From assembly GCA_039028615.1 (NCBI GenBank), contig JBCCHT010000001.1:384001-448000 (forward strand): a stretch of 64,000 nucleotides of DNA. The letters are read 5' to 3'. A program made the translations under genes and the position numbers. This document shows positions 57,985-64,000 of the stretch, one piece after another. Within the stretch, counting starts at the first letter, position 1. Each line of letters begins with the position of its first letter. The notes under the pieces were generated by a model. It was not told where the DNA came from and made no database searches. It saw nothing but the letters and a program-made list of their open reading frames with translations. Source of the stretch: Myxococcota bacterium (lineage in GTDB: Bacteria; Myxococcota_A; Polyangia; Nannocystales; Nannocystaceae).

Positions 57985-60456
57985 TCATGAAGCCGCGTCG
58001 CGAGCCGCCTCGTCGTCGGCGATTCGCGCCAGGGCCTCCGCCGCCTCGGCCGCAGTGGGCCGTTGGGCGGGATCGAAGGACAGGCACTGATCGATGATCG
58101 GCTGCATCGCCTTGCACTGCGGGGGCAGCCGCGGGGCCTTGGGATGCCCCAATCGCTCGCCGCGCAGAAGACGGGTCGAGACCGCCTGCGCAAAGGGTCG
58201 CGTGCCGGTCAGGACTTCGTGGGCCATGACCCCGAAGCTGAACAAGTCGGCGCGAGGATCGGTACGCCCGCGACCGGTGGTGAGTTCGGGGGCGATGTAG
58301 TGCGGCGTGCCCATCAATAGGCCTTTACCCGTCAGCTCGAGGCCCGACGGCGTGCCCAGAGCCTCGAGCGGCGCGGGCTCGAGCATGCCCGCGGGCATCG
58401 CCGCGGCTTCACGCTCGTCGAGCGGCAGGGTGCGCGGACCGAAGACCTCACTCGCCGCGGGCTTGGGCGAAGCCTCGTCGACCGGCCCTGCTTCCACCGT
58501 GCGATCGCGATCGGAGTCGATGCCCACCGTTTCGCTGCCCATGGACGCGTCCCCGTCCGTGGAACTCGAGGGTTCCTCGGCGGGGCGCTCGATCGCGACG
58601 GTCGCCGAGAACTGGCTCGCCCGGGTCGGTTTCGCCGGAGACGGCACCTCGAGCACGATCCCGACCTCGCTGTCTTCGCCCGGATCGACCTTCGAGATCC
58701 CGAAGTCGGCGATCTTGGCGGTGACGTTGCCGTCCTCCTCCGCCAGCAGCACGTTATCCGGCTTGAGATCGCGGTGAGCGATGTTGACTTCGTGCAGCGC
58801 GGCCAGCCCTCGGGCGACCTGCTCGAGGATGCGTCGCGCCTCCTCGAAGGGCGGCGGCCCCTGCCGACGAAGGCGCTCCCCGAGGTTCCGCCCCTCGACC
58901 AGCTCGAGCACGATGTACATGAAGCCCATCGTCGACACGTCGATGTCGCGAATCTCCACCACGTTGTCGTGACGCAGCTTGCTGGCGATATGGGCCTCAC
59001 GCGCCAGCCGGGCCAGCGCCGCCCCCCGGACTTCGTTGGCGATCTTCATCGCCCAGCGGGAGCCGTCGCTGAGCTTCATGACCAGGTAGACCATGCCCAT
59101 CGCCCCCGAGCCGAGGACCCGCTCGACGCGATAGCGGCCGTTGATCTCCATGCCCGGGCGCAGGGCCCCCCGGTGGCCCCCGGGGTCGGACTCGATGAGT
59201 CCGAGCGCGGCAAAGAGCTGCGCCGAGCGATCGGCGATCTGCTCGCGGAGTTCCTCGTTGAGGTCCGCGGCGCGGGCTCGAGCCGCCTCGACCTCGTCGA
59301 CGCGGCGGGCGAGCTTGGTGTTGAGGTCGTCGGCGTTGGCCAACGAGCGAATGTGACTGCGGCTGAGCACCAACGACAGGAACAGGGCGAAGCACACCAA
59401 CCCGACGCAGGCTGGCCGGGGTCCCTCGTACAGCTCGATCGCCGCGATCCACCGCACCAAGTCCCCCCAGGTTCCCGCCCCCAAGGTGATCCACGCCGAC
59501 GCGAGCAGAGCCACGCTGATGCGCTCGTCGGCGCTCCGAAAGAACAGCCGCCCGAGGACCGCGAACTGATAGACGATGGTCATCGACACCGCGACGGCGA
59601 CGATGGGCGCCGCGTAGGTCGTCGCCTCGAAGGGACCGACGAAGATCAGCGAGATGCCCACGCCGAACCACAGCGGAGCATCGATCCAGCGCGGGACGGG
59701 GCCCAGGCCATAGAAGCTGTGGGTGAAGCGCAGCGACGCCAAGATCGCCCCACACAGGCCCAGCGCCACCACGGGTAGGTCCCAGGTGCCGAACAGGAAG
59801 GGGCTGAAGCCCGCCGCGAACGCGGGATAGGCCATCGCACAGATGGCCTGAATTCCGAACCACAGATAGGGTCGCCGCCGCCGGTCGAGGAAGAACACCA
59901 GCAGGCAGGTCGCCCCCACCTGGAAGAGCACGGCGAAGGCGGCCCAGCCCGAGTAGATGTTGAAGGCCAAGATGCCCTGCGCACGCGGATCGACCTCGCC
60001 CGCGGGCACGACATAGGGTGTCGTGGTCAGCCACGCGCCCTTGGTCCAGCGGTACTCCACGTCGATCGCCAAATCGAGCTGGCCGTCCTCGGTCGCGCTC
60101 GCGGGGATGGCCCAGCGTTGCGGCCGAACCTCGCGGTACCCCTCGTGGACCAGCGTCGGAATCGCAGGCTCGCCATCGGCCCACACCTTCGGATGCGCTT
60201 CGAAGAGGGGAATGCTCAGATCGACGGGTCGCCCGCGCAGCTGCTCGGGCAGCTCGACCGAAGCCTCGATGCGATAGGTCTGCCCTCGTTCGAGGCCGGC
60301 TCCGTCCAAGCGCCCGGGCACGGCCATCGTGTGTCCCTGCACTTCGACGCTGTTGATCGGTACGCCCGACGGCATGCCGCAGCCGGTCATCCACCCGCAC
60401 AAAAAGGCGAGCAACACCGCGAGCAGCAGCCTCGGCACCCCACCAGCAAATCGCAT
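57985..60456 (-). CDS. Membrane Ser/Thr kinase with an extracellular domain and 7TM(DISM)-like sensor
   Basis: N-terminal beta domain, about 7 TMs and a coiled coil, then LGSGAMG, HRDLKPDN, DFG and GTPHYIAPE. Confidence 0.9.
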   Translation of the reverse strand: MRFAGGVPRLLLAVLLAFLCGWMTGCGMPSGVPINSVEVQGHTMAVPGRLDGAGLERGQTYRIEASVELPEQLRGRPVDLSIPLFEAHPKVWADGEPAIPTLVHEGYREVRPQRWAIPASATEDGQLDLAIDVEYRWTKGAWLTTTPYVVPAGEVDPRAQGILAFNIYSGWAAFAVLFQVGATCLLVFFLDRRRRPYLWFGIQAICAMAYPAFAAGFSPFLFGTWDLPVVALGLCGAILASLRFTHSFYGLGPVPRWIDAPLWFGVGISLIFVGPFEATTYAAPIVAVAVSMTIVYQFAVLGRLFFRSADERISVALLASAWITLGAGTWGDLVRWIAAIELYEGPRPACVGLVCFALFLSLVLSRSHIRSLANADDLNTKLARRVDEVEAARARAADLNEELREQIADRSAQLFAALGLIESDPGGHRGALRPGMEINGRYRVERVLGSGAMGMVYLVMKLSDGSRWAMKIANEVRGAALARLAREAHIASKLRHDNVVEIRDIDVSTMGFMYIVLELVEGRNLGERLRRQGPPPFEEARRILEQVARGLAALHEVNIAHRDLKPDNVLLAEEDGNVTAKIADFGISKVDPGEDSEVGIVLEVPSPAKPTRASQFSATVAIERPAEEPSSSTDGDASMGSETVGIDSDRDRTVEAGPVDEASPKPAASEVFGPRTLPLDEREAAAMPAGMLEPAPLEALGTPSGLELTGKGLLMGTPHYIAPELTTGRGRTDPRADLFSFGVMAHEVLTGTRPFAQAVSTRLLRGERLGHPKAPRLPPQCKAMQPIIDQCLSFDPAQRPTAAEAAEALARIADDEAARDAAS

Positions 60457-60639
60457 TCGAGGGGGGCGGTACAACCCGTGGAGGCCCCTACCCGGCGTAT
60501 ATCGGTGGGAACGACGTTGGTGGCCCGAACTATCGACTTTTTCCCAATGGACCGAACCCGGCCGCGAAGAGACGACCGTATCGACGGGCCCTTCGACTGA
60601 TCGATCAGCGACGCCGAAGTGCCCTCGCTTGCGAGCCAA

Positions 60640-61452
60640 TCACGAAGAGGTCTCGGGTGCATCGAGGGGATGGAGGTCGACCAAGGTCGCGCCCCAACTT
60701 CCCGCACCGTGTCCTCCGAGCCGAAAGCTCGCCACTGCGGGGTGCCGCTCCAACAACGCGTGCACCGTGCGTCGCAGGTTGCCGATGCCCTTGCCGTGCA
60801 CGATGCGAAGCTCGTGAATGCCTCGCGCCCGACACTGCTCGATGTACTCCATGACGAGCGGCTTGACCTCCTTCGGCGAGAAGGGATGCAGGTCGAGCTC
60901 GCCGTCGACGGGCATGGGCTGGGGCGGCATGGCCGGCGTCGACGGGCCTCGAACCCCGGCCCACGGCGCGCCCGGTAGCGGTCGGAGCGCCTTCAACTTC
61001 ACCCCGCGAGGCGGTCGACCTTCGTTGATGCGGGTCTCCAATCGGGGCTTTCTCCACGGCGCGCGCAGGCCCCCGCCTACCCGGTCATGGGTCAGCCAAC
61101 GACCCGGCGCCCCAAAACAGACCGTCGTGCGCCAGGGTCGGTCGTCGAGGACCTCGACCCGCACTCGCGCCCGCCCCCACAACGCCGCCGCCACCAGATC
61201 GTGGGCCGAGGACAGGGTGTCCTGGTCGTCCTCGGGGTCTTCTTCGCGCTCGAAGCGGTGGCTCCATGGCCCCAGGGACACCACCACGGCGTCGTCCTGC
61301 CCCTGCACCCGTACGGCAAACCCGGTCTCCGACTCGGGTTCGATCTCCACGGTGGTGTCGTCGCTGCGCACGCGAAATGCCGCCCCGCACGCCCGTGCGG
61401 TCTCGGCTACGGCCTCGAGGAAGGCCTGCGCCGCGGCGTCCACCCCACCCAT
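60640..61452 (-). CDS. Smr/MutS2 domain protein
   Basis: Motifs ELDLH, RIVHGKGIG and GSWGATLV. Start 61452 or GTG 61443. Confidence 0.85.
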   Translation of the reverse strand: MGGVDAAAQAFLEAVAETARACGAAFRVRSDDTTVEIEPESETGFAVRVQGQDDAVVVSLGPWSHRFEREEDPEDDQDTLSSAHDLVAAALWGRARVRVEVLDDRPWRTTVCFGAPGRWLTHDRVGGGLRAPWRKPRLETRINEGRPPRGVKLKALRPLPGAPWAGVRGPSTPAMPPQPMPVDGELDLHPFSPKEVKPLVMEYIEQCRARGIHELRIVHGKGIGNLRRTVHALLERHPAVASFRLGGHGAGSWGATLVDLHPLDAPETSS

Positions 61453-61552
61453 GATGCCGGATTCGAGACCTTCCGGTGGCGCGAAATCGTTGCAAACCAA
61501 CCCCATTGAGCCGGGCTTCGTGGCTGAGGCATGCTTTGGGGGCACGCGCGTG

Positions 61553-64000
<2,448 letters not shown>

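Overview
GC-rich (~70%) bacterial chromosomal window that looks like a myxobacterium (Myxococcota, probably Nannocystaceae-like). The pointers are many Thr/Asp/Gly-rich lipoproteins, a MYXO-CTERM protein, three Hanks-type Ser/Thr kinases and a TonB_C-fused TonB-dependent receptor. I support about 53 CDSs, including an MBOAT/SGNH O-acylation locus, cyclophilin, lon, amt-PII-porin, an ArsA/Get3-like ATPase pair and an XRE/SDR/QueA-like unit. I saw no rRNA, tRNA or CRISPR array. The most notable observations are: (1) a PlpX-like 'splicease' radical SAM/SPASM gene convergent with a Zn-ribbon lipoprotein carrying an AYGGP motif; (2) a zinc-finger plus histone-fold protein; (3) a 933-bp non-coding element with 245-bp, ~96% identical inverted arms whose right arm supplies the histone gene's stop codon; (4) an Rpn nuclease with an apparent internal promoter, RBS and ATG for a small antitoxin; (5) TANNNT boxes 6-9 nt before at least 14 start codons, suggesting leaderless mRNAs; (6) a transglutaminase-elicitor-like/HEXXH/twin-amidase cluster without signal peptides. 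All family assignments come from motif recognition by eye; no database searches were run.
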